A stretch of DNA of 64,000 nt, from assembly GCA_040080225.1 (NCBI GenBank), contig JBEBIU010000001.1:4978-68977 (forward strand), written 5' to 3'. The position numbers and the translations under genes are program-made. The notes under the pieces were generated by a model. The model searched no databases. It was not told where the DNA came from and saw nothing but the letters and a program-made list of their open reading frames with translations. The stretch is from Terricaulis sp. GTDB taxonomy: Bacteria > Pseudomonadota > Alphaproteobacteria > Caulobacterales > Aquidulcibacteraceae. This document shows, piece after piece, positions 37,678-46,664 of this stretch (the stretch's first letter is position 1; each line of letters begins with the position of its first letter).

Positions 37678-38142
37678 ATGCATAAAGCCTGGGACAGCGC
37701 CGCCGCCGAACGCGTCTTGAGCGCGTTTGCTTCGACCCAAGATCAACTCCTCCCGATGCTGCACGCGCTGCAGGCTGAATTCGGCTGGATCGCGGACGAG
37801 GCGACGCCGCTGCTTGCGGCGACTCTCAACCTTTCGCGCGCGGAAGTGCATGGGACCATCAGTTTCTACCACGATTTCCGCCGCGAGCCGGCGGGGAAGG
37901 TCGTGGTCAAGCTCTGTCGCGCAGAAGCGTGCCAAGCGATGGGCGGCGAACGCACCGCGGCGGCCTTGCTCCAACGCCTCGGCATCGGCTGGAGCGAGAC
38001 CACCAAGGATGGCGCGATCACTGTTGAGGCGGTCTATTGCCTTGGCCTTTGCGCTGCGGCGCCCGCGGCGTTGATTGGCGAAACGCCAGCCGCCCGGCTC
38101 GACGGGCAGAGCCTCATCGCCCAAGTCGAGGCGCTGCGGTGA
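37678..38142 (+). CDS. fdsG: NAD-dependent formate dehydrogenase gamma subunit (NuoE-like 2Fe-2S)
   Basis: CRAEACQAMG ... CLGLCAAAP Cys motifs, 154 aa, first gene of the fds cluster. Confidence 0.85.
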   Translation: MHKAWDSAAAERVLSAFASTQDQLLPMLHALQAEFGWIADEATPLLAATLNLSRAEVHGTISFYHDFRREPAGKVVVKLCRAEACQAMGGERTAAALLQRLGIGWSETTKDGAITVEAVYCLGLCAAAPAALIGETPAARLDGQSLIAQVEALR

Positions 38143-39680
38143 CGCGGGTTTATGTTCCAGCCGACACGCTCTCGCGCGCCCTCGGCGCCGATGGCGTCGC
38201 TGCCGCGCTGGCGCATGCAAGCGCTGAGGTTGTGCGCACCGGCTCGCGCGGCATGGTCTGGCTCGAGCCCCTGATCGAGATAGATACGCCTAAGGGCCGC
38301 GTCGGCTATGGTCCGGTTAACGCGGAGGACATTGGCGAATTCATGCCGGCGCTGAGCGCAGGCGCGCCGCACCGGCTCTGCGTGGGCCTCGTCGAAGAAC
38401 TGGAATGGATGCGCGGGCAGACGCGCATGACGTTCGCGCGTTGTGGCGTAGTCGATCCGCTTTCGGTCGAGGACTATGCCGCCCATGGCGGTCTGCGGGG
38501 ACTTAAGCGCGCGATCGAGATCGGCCCTGCGGCCACGATCGAGGAGATGATCAAATCGAGCCTGCGTGGACGCGGCGGCGCAGGCTTTCCCGCTGGAATC
38601 AAATGGAAGGGCGCGGCTGAGGCGCAGGCCGATCGGAAATACGTGGTCTGCAACGCCGATGAAGGCGATAGCGGAACCTTCGCCGACCGCATGCTCATGG
38701 AAGGCGATCCGATGAGCCTGATCGAGGGCATCGCCATCGCCGCCTTCGCCATCGGCGCCAGCAAGGCCTTCGTCTATTCACGCTCCGAGTATCCCCATGC
38801 GAACGCGACGTTTGTGAAAGCACTCGCGGCGGTGCGCGCGTCCGGTGGGCTTGGGCCCCATGCGTTTGGGCCGAACCATCCATTCGAGATCGAATTGCGC
38901 ATCGGGGCTGGCGCCTATGTTTGTGGCGAAGAGACAGCGCTGCTGGAAAGTCTTGAAGGCAAACGCGGGCAAGTGCGCGCCAAGCCGCCTCTGCCGGTTC
39001 ACGCAGGGTTGTTCGGCAAACCGACCGTGATCAACAATGTGCTGACGCTGGCTACCGCGACTTGGATCATGGCCAATGGCGCTGAAGCTTATGCCGCTCT
39101 CGGCTATAGCCGTTCGCGCGGGACAATGCCCATCCAACTCGCGGGCAATGTGAAGTTTCCGGGCCTCTACGAAACACCCTTCGGCCTGACGCTCGGCCAG
39201 ATCGTCAACGATATCGGCGGTGGCACAGCATCAGGCCGCCCAGTGCGCGCGGTGCAGTGCGGGGGGCCGCTCGGCGCATACTTCCCGCCCTCCCTCTTCA
39301 ACACACCTTACGACTACGAAGCATTCGCTGCGCGCGATGGGCTTATTGGCCATGGCGGCATTGTGGTTTTTGACGATGGCGTCGATATGGCCGCGCAAGC
39401 GCGCTTCGCCATGGAATTCTGCGCCATCGAGAGCTGCGGCAAGTGTACGCCCTGCCGCATCGGCTCGGTGCGCGGACAGGAGGTGATCGACCGCATCGTC
39501 GCCGGTGAGAACCGGGATGGGAACATCGCGCTCTTGGAGGACCTCTGCCAAACGCTGAAGCTAGGCTCGCTCTGCGCGCTTGGAGGCTTTACGCCATATC
39601 CGGTGCTGAGCGCGCTGCGGCATTTCCCGGAGGACTTTCAGCGGAAACCGGCGCAAACTGGCGGCGGTCACAAACGATGA
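38139..39680 (+). CDS. fdsB: NAD-dependent formate dehydrogenase beta subunit (NuoF-like, FMN/NAD/4Fe-4S)
   Basis: GRGGAGFPAGIKW, CNADEGDSGTF, ESCGKCTPCR motifs. GTG start in a GTGA overlap with the fdsG stop. Confidence 0.9.
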   Translation: MTRVYVPADTLSRALGADGVAAALAHASAEVVRTGSRGMVWLEPLIEIDTPKGRVGYGPVNAEDIGEFMPALSAGAPHRLCVGLVEELEWMRGQTRMTFARCGVVDPLSVEDYAAHGGLRGLKRAIEIGPAATIEEMIKSSLRGRGGAGFPAGIKWKGAAEAQADRKYVVCNADEGDSGTFADRMLMEGDPMSLIEGIAIAAFAIGASKAFVYSRSEYPHANATFVKALAAVRASGGLGPHAFGPNHPFEIELRIGAGAYVCGEETALLESLEGKRGQVRAKPPLPVHAGLFGKPTVINNVLTLATATWIMANGAEAYAALGYSRSRGTMPIQLAGNVKFPGLYETPFGLTLGQIVNDIGGGTASGRPVRAVQCGGPLGAYFPPSLFNTPYDYEAFAARDGLIGHGGIVVFDDGVDMAAQARFAMEFCAIESCGKCTPCRIGSVRGQEVIDRIVAGENRDGNIALLEDLCQTLKLGSLCALGGFTPYPVLSALRHFPEDFQRKPAQTGGGHKR

Positions 39681-39696
39681 ACACTCGTGCAACCTC

Positions 39697-39799
39697 CACC
39701 CATCCCCGGATGCGCGGTACGCGCATTCCTGAGCCCACAAACACAAGCGCTCGTGTTTATGGACCCCGGACTTCGCTTCGCGAATCCGGGGATCGGTGG
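39697..39799. repeat. palindromic MITE/REP-like element (copy B) between fdsB and fdsA
   Basis: Termini ccacccatccccggat (39697-39712) and atccggggatcggtgg (39784-39799) are inverted repeats with 1 mismatch. Internal cgtgtttatggaccccggac and cgcttcgc blocks are shared with copy C. Confidence 0.75.
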
Positions 39800-39837
39800 G
39801 CAGGTTGGCCTCCATCGGTAGATTTCGGGGTCACGCG

Positions 39838-42678
39838 ATGACGCTGATCCAGGAAGCCGATCTCGGCACGCCAGCCAGCGCCTCGAAAAATTTCGTCACC
39901 GTCGAAATCGACGGCCGCGCTATCGCCGTCCCCGCGGGAACCTCGGTCATGCGCGCGGCGCGTGAGGCGGGAATCGGCGTGCCGAAGTTGTGCGCCAGCG
40001 ACATGCTCAATCCGTTCGGTTCGTGCCGGCTGTGCCTAGTGGAGATCGAGGGTCGGGCGGGAACGCCGGCCTCATGCACCACCCCGGTCTCCCAGGGCAT
40101 GCGTGTATCGACACAGACGCCGCTGCTGGCGAAGCTGCGCCGCGGCGTGATGGAGCTTTATATCTCCGACCACCCGCTCGACTGCCTGACCTGCCCCACC
40201 AATGGCGATTGCGAATTGCAGGACATGGCTGGCGCGGTGGGGCTCCGCGACGTGCGTTACGGGTACGCCGGCGAAAACCACCTCGATGAGCCGAAGGACG
40301 CAACCAACCCATATTTCACTTTCGACGGCTCGAAATGCATCGTCTGTTCGCGCTGCGTGCGCGCCTGCGAAGAGGTGCAGGGCACGTTTGCGCTGACCAT
40401 CGAAGGCCGCGGCTTCGACTCGAAGGTGAAGGCCAGCGCCGCCGAACCCTTCTTCGACTCCGAGTGCGTCTCCTGCGGCGCCTGCGTGCAGGCCTGCCCG
40501 ACGGCCACGTTATCGGAAAAATCTCTGATCGAGATCGGCACGCCCGAGCATTCCGTCATCACCACATGCGCCTATTGCGGCGTTGGCTGCAGCTTCAAGG
40601 CGGAGATGCGCGGCGAGGAAGTGGTGCGCATGGTCCCCTATAAGGACGGCAAAGCCAATCGCGGGCATTCGTGCGTCAAGGGCCGCTTTGCCTGGGGCTA
40701 CGCCACCCACAAGGAACGCGTTCTGAAGCCGATGATCCGCGAGAAGATCAGCGATCCGTGGCGCGAGGTTTCCTGGGAAGGCGCCATTGCCTACGCCGCC
40801 TCCGAATTGAAGCGGATACAAGCAACGCACGGCAAAGCCGCCATCGGTGGGATCACCTCCTCGCGCTGCACCAATGAAGAAACCTATCTGGTGCAGAAGC
40901 TGGTGCGCGCCGGCTTTGGCGTCAACAATGTCGATACCTGCGCGCGCGTGTGCCACTCGCCCACCGGCTATGGCCTGAAGACCACCTTCGGCACTTCAGC
41001 AGGCACCCAGGATTTCGACTCGGTCGAACACAGCGACGTCATCATCGTCATCGGCGCCAACCCGACCGATGCGCACCCGGTATTCGCTTCGCGCATGAAG
41101 CGGCGCTTGCGCGAAGGCGCCAAGCTCATCGTCATCGATCCGCGCCGCATCGACCTTGTGCGCACGCCGCATGTGGAGGCGGCGCACCACTTGCCGCTCC
41201 TCCCGGGAACCAACGTTGCCGTGCTGACAACGCTGGCGCACGTCATTGTCACCGAGGGACTGGCTGACGAGGCGTTCGTGCGCGAGCGTTGCGATTGGGA
41301 AGGCTTCGCCACCTGGGCGGCGTTCGTATCGCAGGAGCGCTGGTCGCCCGAGACGCTGGAAAAAACCACCGGCGTTCCCGCCGCCGACCTGCGCGCAGCT
41401 GCGCGGCTCTTCGCCACCGGCGGCAATGGCGCGATCTATTACGGGCTTGGCATTACCGAACACAGCCAGGGCACCACAGCGGTGATGGCGATCGCCAATC
41501 TCGCCATGGCTACGGGAAACATCGGCCGCCCCGGCGTCGGCGTGAACCCGCTGCGCGGCCAGAACAATGTGCAGGGCGCCTGCGACATGGGCTCGTTCCC
41601 GCATGAATTGGCCGGCTACCGCCACGTCTCCGACGATGCGGCGCGCGCGGTGTTCGAGGATTTATGGAAGGTGACGCTCGACAAGGAGCCCGGGCTGCGC
41701 ATCCCCAACATGCTGGATGCCGCCATCGATGGCAGCTTCAAAGGCATCTATATCCAGGGAGAGGACATACTGCAGAGCGATCCGAACACGCGCCACGTCG
41801 CCGAGGGGCTGGCGGCGATGGAGTGCGTGATCGTGCACGACCTCTTCTTGAACGAAACCGCGAATTACGCGCACGTGTTCCTGCCCGGCTCAACGTTCTT
41901 GGAGAAGGACGGCACCTTCACCAATGCCGAGCGCCGCATCCAGCGCGTGCGCCGCGTCATGCGCCCGAAGAACGGCTATGCGGACTGGGAAGTCACGCAG
42001 TTGCTTTCTAATGCGCTGGGCTATGCCATGGCCTATAAGCATCCATCCCAAATCATGGACGAGATCGCCGCCACGACACCGACTTTCGCTGGCGTGAATT
42101 ACGACAAGCTTGACGAATTGGGCTCGATCCAATGGCCCTGCAACGAAAAGGCGCCGGAGGGCACGCCGGTCATGCATGCCGGCCAATTCGTGAGCGGAAG
42201 TGGCCGCTTCATGCTGACCGAATACGTGCCCACCGACGAACGCACCGGTCCGCGCTTTCCACTGCTGTTGACCACCGGGCGCATCCTGTCCCAATACAAT
42301 GTCGGCGCTCAGACACGACGCACCGCGAACGTAGCTTGGCACGAGGAGGATTTGCTCGAAATCCATCCCCACGACGCCGAACAGCGCGGGCTCAAGGAAG
42401 GCGATTGGGTGAAGCTCGCCAGCCGCGCCGGCGAAACCGCGTTGCGCTGCACCGTCACCGACCGCGTGGCGCCAGGCGTGGTCTATACCACCTTCCACCA
42501 CCCCGACACGCAAGCAAACGTCGTCACCACCGAATATTCCGATTGGGCCACCAATTGCCCTGAATACAAAGTCACCGCCGTTCAGGTCTCGCCCTCCAAT
42601 GGCCCTTCGAAATGGCAGGAAGAATATGAGGCGCTGGGCGAGCGCAGCCGCCGGGTGACGCTCGCGCCTGCCAAATGA
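39838..42678 (+). CDS. fdsA: NAD-dependent formate dehydrogenase alpha subunit (Fe-S + molybdopterin)
   Basis: MTLIQEADLG... 2Fe-2S/4Fe-4S Cys clusters (CRLCLVEIEG, CPTNGDCELQ, CIVCSRCVRAC, CVSCGACVQACP, CAYCGVGCSF), then MopB and C-terminal barrel domains. Confidence 0.93.
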   Translation: MTLIQEADLGTPASASKNFVTVEIDGRAIAVPAGTSVMRAAREAGIGVPKLCASDMLNPFGSCRLCLVEIEGRAGTPASCTTPVSQGMRVSTQTPLLAKLRRGVMELYISDHPLDCLTCPTNGDCELQDMAGAVGLRDVRYGYAGENHLDEPKDATNPYFTFDGSKCIVCSRCVRACEEVQGTFALTIEGRGFDSKVKASAAEPFFDSECVSCGACVQACPTATLSEKSLIEIGTPEHSVITTCAYCGVGCSFKAEMRGEEVVRMVPYKDGKANRGHSCVKGRFAWGYATHKERVLKPMIREKISDPWREVSWEGAIAYAASELKRIQATHGKAAIGGITSSRCTNEETYLVQKLVRAGFGVNNVDTCARVCHSPTGYGLKTTFGTSAGTQDFDSVEHSDVIIVIGANPTDAHPVFASRMKRRLREGAKLIVIDPRRIDLVRTPHVEAAHHLPLLPGTNVAVLTTLAHVIVTEGLADEAFVRERCDWEGFATWAAFVSQERWSPETLEKTTGVPAADLRAAARLFATGGNGAIYYGLGITEHSQGTTAVMAIANLAMATGNIGRPGVGVNPLRGQNNVQGACDMGSFPHELAGYRHVSDDAARAVFEDLWKVTLDKEPGLRIPNMLDAAIDGSFKGIYIQGEDILQSDPNTRHVAEGLAAMECVIVHDLFLNETANYAHVFLPGSTFLEKDGTFTNAERRIQRVRRVMRPKNGYADWEVTQLLSNALGYAMAYKHPSQIMDEIAATTPTFAGVNYDKLDELGSIQWPCNEKAPEGTPVMHAGQFVSGSGRFMLTEYVPTDERTGPRFPLLLTTGRILSQYNVGAQTRRTANVAWHEEDLLEIHPHDAEQRGLKEGDWVKLASRAGETALRCTVTDRVAPGVVYTTFHHPDTQANVVTTEYSDWATNCPEYKVTAVQVSPSNGPSKWQEEYEALGERSRRVTLAPAK

Positions 42679-43490
42679 CCCGCTTTGGCCCAACCAGCGT
42701 AAGCGCACCAACGGAAGTGTTACGCGGAGACGCCTGGAGTTCCAGCGCGCGCGCCGTGCCGGAAGAAGTCCCGGTCGCGTTCGTCGTGGACGGCGGCGCC
42801 GAAGCGGTGATGATGGCCACTCCGGCTGACTTGGAGGATTTTGCGCTCGGTTTTGCGTTGAGCGACGGATTGGTTGGATCGAGAGACGATCTTTGCGGGC
42901 TTGATATTTCGGAGGAAGGGCCAGGCGTCGAAATTCGGTTCTGGCTCAGAGGAAACGCAGGCGCCGCCCACAGCGCGCGGCGACGCACGCGCATGGGGCC
43001 GGCGGGGTGCGGCCTCTGCGGGATCGAGAGCCTGGAGGCCGCGCTGCAACCGTGTGCGCCCGTTGGTTCCGATTTCAGAATTGCGGCAACCCGAATTGTC
43101 ACGGCCATGGCGCAATTGCCGGGCATGCAGCCGCTCAACCGGGAGACCCGCGCGGTGCATGCCGCGGCGTTTTACACACCCGATGAAGGCGTGGTTTGCG
43201 TGCGCGAAGATGTCGGCCGCCACAACGCGCTCGACAAGCTCATCGGCGCCTTGGCGCACCAGGGGCGCGATTGCACCGACGGCGTGATCTTGATGACCAG
43301 CCGCGTCTCGATCGAACTGATTCAGAAAGCCGCGCGCGCAAACGCGCCCGTCCTGGCGGCGATTTCCGCACCCACAGCGTTGGCGTTGCGAACCGCCGAG
43401 GGCGCGGGCATTTGCATTTGCGGAATTGTGCGCGAGAACGCGCTTGAAGTGTTCACGCGCGCCGACCGGATCGTTCGCCATGCAGATTGA
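42675..43490 (+). CDS. fdhD: formate dehydrogenase accessory sulfurtransferase FdhD (FdsC)
   Basis: GPAGCGLCGIESLE active-site loop and DVGRHNALDKLIGA motif. Confidence 0.9.
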   Translation: MTRFGPTSVSAPTEVLRGDAWSSSARAVPEEVPVAFVVDGGAEAVMMATPADLEDFALGFALSDGLVGSRDDLCGLDISEEGPGVEIRFWLRGNAGAAHSARRRTRMGPAGCGLCGIESLEAALQPCAPVGSDFRIAATRIVTAMAQLPGMQPLNRETRAVHAAAFYTPDEGVVCVREDVGRHNALDKLIGALAHQGRDCTDGVILMTSRVSIELIQKAARANAPVLAAISAPTALALRTAEGAGICICGIVRENALEVFTRADRIVRHAD

Positions 43491-43701
43491 AAAACTCGTC
43501 CATATGGCCAACCAGATCGGCAAATTCTTCGCCGCGCAGGGAAAGGAGGCCGAGATTGCGGGGGTCGCCGATCATTTGAAGAAGTTCTGGGATCCACGCA
43601 TGCGCGCGCAGATATTAGAACACTCGACGAAGGGCGGCGACGGACTCGATGCGAATGTGCGCGCGGGGGTAGACCGGTTGCGCCAGGCGAGTCAGCCATG
43701 A
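43480..43701 (+). CDS. fdsD: formate dehydrogenase delta subunit
   Basis: MQIEKLVHMANQIGKFFAAQGKEAEIAGVADHLKKFWDPRMR..., typical FdsD. Overlaps the fdhD end by 11 nt. Confidence 0.85.
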   Translation: MQIEKLVHMANQIGKFFAAQGKEAEIAGVADHLKKFWDPRMRAQILEHSTKGGDGLDANVRAGVDRLRQASQP

Positions 43702-43729
43702 GCTGCCTAGCGCGTCGTGTGAGAAATTG

Positions 43730-43846
43730 GACGCCCTCTTGGACCGCCGGCGTCCTCGCTGGCATCGGCGTTGGCGACCGCGCGGACGGCGGCTTGTTGG
43801 CGCCACCGCATGCCGGCGAGGACGCCGGCGGTCCAAGAAGGGCGTC
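43730..43846. repeat. long inverted repeat (about 30-bp arms) between convergent fdsD and mobA
   Basis: gacgccctcttggaccgccggcgtcctcgc (43730-43759) pairs with gcgaggacgccggcggtccaagaagggcgtc (43816-43846), with one bulged T. The ~56-nt loop is itself partly self-complementary. Confidence 0.65.
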
Positions 43847-43886
43847 TGCCCGAGCCGATCGCGATTCTAAATTTGCACGCGCCGCT

Positions 43887-44459
43887 CTAGCCGCCGCCAA
43901 GCAGCGCCTCCGCGCGCGCCATATCCGCGGGCGTGTTAACATTCATAAACGCAGCGCCATCGGCGAAGGCGACCCGTACCGCCTTGGGCGCGAGATCGCG
44001 CACCGGCGGATGGACCCCGCTCGCGAAATAACCCCGCAACCGTGCAGCCAGCGCCGGACGCCATGCTGCGCACAAGGCATGCACGCCATCCGCGCTACAC
44101 GCATACGCCGCGTCCGCGCTGGCGGCGTGCGTGATCAATGTCTCGCCCAGACCGTTCGGCAGCAACGGGGTGTCGCACGGCGCCGTGACCAGCCAGGCGG
44201 CTCCCACGCTCTGGGCCCAATCGAGCGCGGCCAGGACCCCAGCCAAGGGTCCGGGCACGGCATCGGACGGGTCGCGCAAGTCGGCGACCCCCAGCAACGC
44301 CGCGGCTCTGCCATTGCCGACCACGGCAAGAGACTCGGCGCCGGCCAACGCCCGCGCCACATGTGCCAGCATGGGCCGTCCCGCGAGTTGGGCGAAGGCC
44401 TTGTCGGCGCCGAAGCGCTTGCTCTCGCCGCCAGCCAGTATTGCCGCTACAAAGCCCAT
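43887..44459 (-). CDS. mobA: molybdenum cofactor guanylyltransferase
   Basis: MGFVAAILAGGESKRFGADKA... N-terminal nucleotide-binding motif, 190 aa. Confidence 0.88.
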   Translation of the reverse strand: MGFVAAILAGGESKRFGADKAFAQLAGRPMLAHVARALAGAESLAVVGNGRAAALLGVADLRDPSDAVPGPLAGVLAALDWAQSVGAAWLVTAPCDTPLLPNGLGETLITHAASADAAYACSADGVHALCAAWRPALAARLRGYFASGVHPPVRDLAPKAVRVAFADGAAFMNVNTPADMARAEALLGGG

Positions 44460-44494
44460 CCGAGGCTTTTAGCATCGAATGTCGGCAGAGCCAC

Positions 44495-45499
44495 ATGACC
44501 GCCCCCGCCCCCGCGCTCCTCGATCAATTCCAGCGCCACATTACGTATTTGCGGGTGTCCGTCACCGATCGCTGCGATCTCCGCTGCGTCTATTGCATGC
44601 CCGAGCGCATGGAATTCTTGCCCAAAACCGATGTTCTGAGCTTCGAGGAACTCGATCGCCTGTGCGCCGTTTTTGTCCAGGCTGGCGTGCGCAAACTCCG
44701 CATCACCGGAGGCGAGCCCTTGGTTCGCCGCGACATCATGGCATTCTTGCGCCGCCAGGCGCGGCACTTGGACAGCGGCCAGCTCGAAGAACTCACGTTG
44801 ACCACGAACGGCACGCGACTGGCGGCGTTCGCCGCCGAATTGGCCGCGATCGGCGTGAAGCGCGTCAATGTCTCGCTCGACACGCTGGACGCCGAAACCT
44901 TTCAGCGCATCACCAGGAGAGATCAGCTAAGCGCCGTCCTCGCTGGGATCGAGGCGGCGCGGAATGTTGGACTGCAGGTCAAGCTCAATGTTGTCGCGTT
45001 GAAGAACGACAATTTAGCCGACATCCCAGACATCATCCAATGGGCGCACGAGCGAGGCATGGACGTGTCGCTGATCGAGACCATGCCGATGGGCGAGGTG
45101 GAAGGCGACCGCACCGATCAATTCGTGTCGCTCGCGGCCGTGCGCGCCAAACTCGGGAGTTTCTGGCGCCTTAGCGACATCCCCGACTCCACCGGCGGCC
45201 CGTCACGTTATGCCCGCATTGAAGAAACAGGCGGGCGCCTCGGCTTCATCACCCCGTTCAGCCACAATTTCTGCTCCGACTGCAACCGGGTCCGCTTAAC
45301 CTGTACCGGCCGACTCTATCTTTGCCTTGGCCAAGACGAGCACATCGACTTCCGCGAACCGTTGCGCAGCGGCGCTTCTGAATCCGATCTGCTCGGGCTC
45401 ATCGGCCGGGGCCTGTCGCGGAAGCCGAGAGCGCACGATTTTCAGCTCGCACCCACCGCGCCTCCGGTTCGCCGGCACATGTCCATGACCGGCGGCTGA
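44495..45499 (+). CDS. moaA: GTP 3',8-cyclase (radical SAM)
   Basis: MTAPAPALLDQFQRHITYLRVSVTDRCDLRCVYCMP (CxxxCxxC) and C-terminal CSDCNRVRLTCTGRLYLCLG cluster. The ORF-track extension from 44363 is rejected. Confidence 0.93.
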   Translation: MTAPAPALLDQFQRHITYLRVSVTDRCDLRCVYCMPERMEFLPKTDVLSFEELDRLCAVFVQAGVRKLRITGGEPLVRRDIMAFLRRQARHLDSGQLEELTLTTNGTRLAAFAAELAAIGVKRVNVSLDTLDAETFQRITRRDQLSAVLAGIEAARNVGLQVKLNVVALKNDNLADIPDIIQWAHERGMDVSLIETMPMGEVEGDRTDQFVSLAAVRAKLGSFWRLSDIPDSTGGPSRYARIEETGGRLGFITPFSHNFCSDCNRVRLTCTGRLYLCLGQDEHIDFREPLRSGASESDLLGLIGRGLSRKPRAHDFQLAPTAPPVRRHMSMTGG

Positions 45500-45501
45500 G
45501 C

Positions 45502-45747
45502 ATGGCGCGAATCTTGTTTTTCGGCCGCCTGCGTGACATCGCCGGTTGCGCGATGATGGAGATCGCCGAGTGCGGCGCCAGCCTGGCCGAGTTGCGGGAA
45601 GTGCTAGCTCGCGAAAATCCAATACTTGGTGAAGCCCTAAACGACCCGAGCATCCGCGTGGCGATCGACCAGGTTATGGTCGGGCGCGAAGGGTTGATCG
45701 AGGGCACCGAGGAAATCGCATTCATGCCGCCGCTGAGCGGAGGCTAG
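45502..45747 (+). CDS. moaD: molybdopterin synthase sulfur-carrier subunit
   Basis: 81 aa ending ...FMPPLSGG (C-terminal Gly-Gly). Confidence 0.88.
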   Translation: MARILFFGRLRDIAGCAMMEIAECGASLAELREVLARENPILGEALNDPSIRVAIDQVMVGREGLIEGTEEIAFMPPLSGG

Positions 45748-45775
45748 AACTCGGAGTCTTTGAAGCGTGATACAT

Positions 45776-45890
45776 GCCCGCCCATCCCCGGATTCGAGCG
45801 CAGCGAGAATTCCGCCGCCCAAGATCAGGAGCGGTTCGTGTCTATGGGCCCCGGGACCGCCGCTTCGCAGCGTCCCGGGGATGGGTGGGC
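45776..45890. repeat. palindromic MITE/REP-like element (copy C) between moaD and the TauE-like gene
   Basis: Termini gcccgcccatccccgg (45776-45791) and ccggggatgggtgggc (45875-45890) are inverted repeats with 1 mismatch. Interior is similar to copy B. Confidence 0.75.
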
Positions 45891-45905
45891 GTGAATCACG
45901 CTTCA

Positions 45906-46664
45906 GTGACAGTAGGCGCTAGCTGCTTGGCCGCCGAATGGATCGCCCTGCTCGCTTTGGCCATAGGCGCTGGCGCCGCGCTATATTCATCCGTCGGCCA
46001 CGGCGGCGCTTCCGCCTATATCGCGTTGATGGCGCTGTTCGGCCTCGCGCCAGAGGAAGCCCGTCCTGCCGCGTTGGCGCTGAACATCGTTGTCGCCGGC
46101 TATGCGGCCCTTGTTTTCGTGCGCGCGGGCCGGTTCGATGCGCGCACGTTCTGGCCGTTCGCGGCGACCGCAATCCCGGCCGCCTTTTTTGCCGGAAGCA
46201 TTTCGATCCCCGCTGAGCTCTATCGGCCGATCCTGGCGGCGGCCTTGGGCGCCGCTGCGCTGCGCTACCTGCTTTGGCCAACCCTCGACGCGCACGCGCC
46301 CACCAAGCCGCCCCCGCTTGCGCTGGCGCTCCCGGTTGGCGCAGCTTTGGGCGCGCTCGCGGGCGTTACCGGCGTCGGCGGGGGCGTGTATCTATCCCCG
46401 CTGCTCGTGTTCGCGCGCTGGAGCGACCCTCAGCGTGCGGCTGGTATCGCTGCCTGCTTCATCGTCGCCAACTCAGCTGCGGGGCTGGCGGGGCGATGGA
46501 GTTCGCTCGCTGCGGCGCCCCAATACCTGCCGCTGCTCGCTCTGGCGGCTTTCGTCGGGGCGCTGATCGGCGCTGGCCTCAGCCTAGCAAAACTCGATCG
46601 CGCCGCGATTTTGCGTACACTGGGTGTTGTTCTGGCCATTGCCGCGCTAGCTTTGCTGCGCTGA
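45906..46664 (+). CDS. TauE/SafE family sulfite-exporter-like permease
   Basis: Polytopic ...LALAIGAGAALYSSVGHGGASAYIALMALFG...GVGGGVYLSPLLVF.... Start placed at GTG 45906 because ORF 45774.. reads through the repeat. Its TGA overlaps the moaE ATG. Confidence 0.7.
   Translation: MTVGASCLAAEWIALLALAIGAGAALYSSVGHGGASAYIALMALFGLAPEEARPAALALNIVVAGYAALVFVRAGRFDARTFWPFAATAIPAAFFAGSISIPAELYRPILAAALGAAALRYLLWPTLDAHAPTKPPPLALALPVGAALGALAGVTGVGGGVYLSPLLVFARWSDPQRAAGIAACFIVANSAAGLAGRWSSLAAAPQYLPLLALAAFVGALIGAGLSLAKLDRAAILRTLGVVLAIAALALLR

Noticed and set aside
42720-43523. 267-aa minus-strand ORF
   Set aside because: Antisense to fdhD/fdsD, which carry clear family motifs.
43698-44498. 266-aa plus-strand ORF spanning the fdsD-mobA spacer
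   Set aside because: It runs through the long inverted repeat and then antisense to mobA. Composition is Arg/Gly/Ala-rich.
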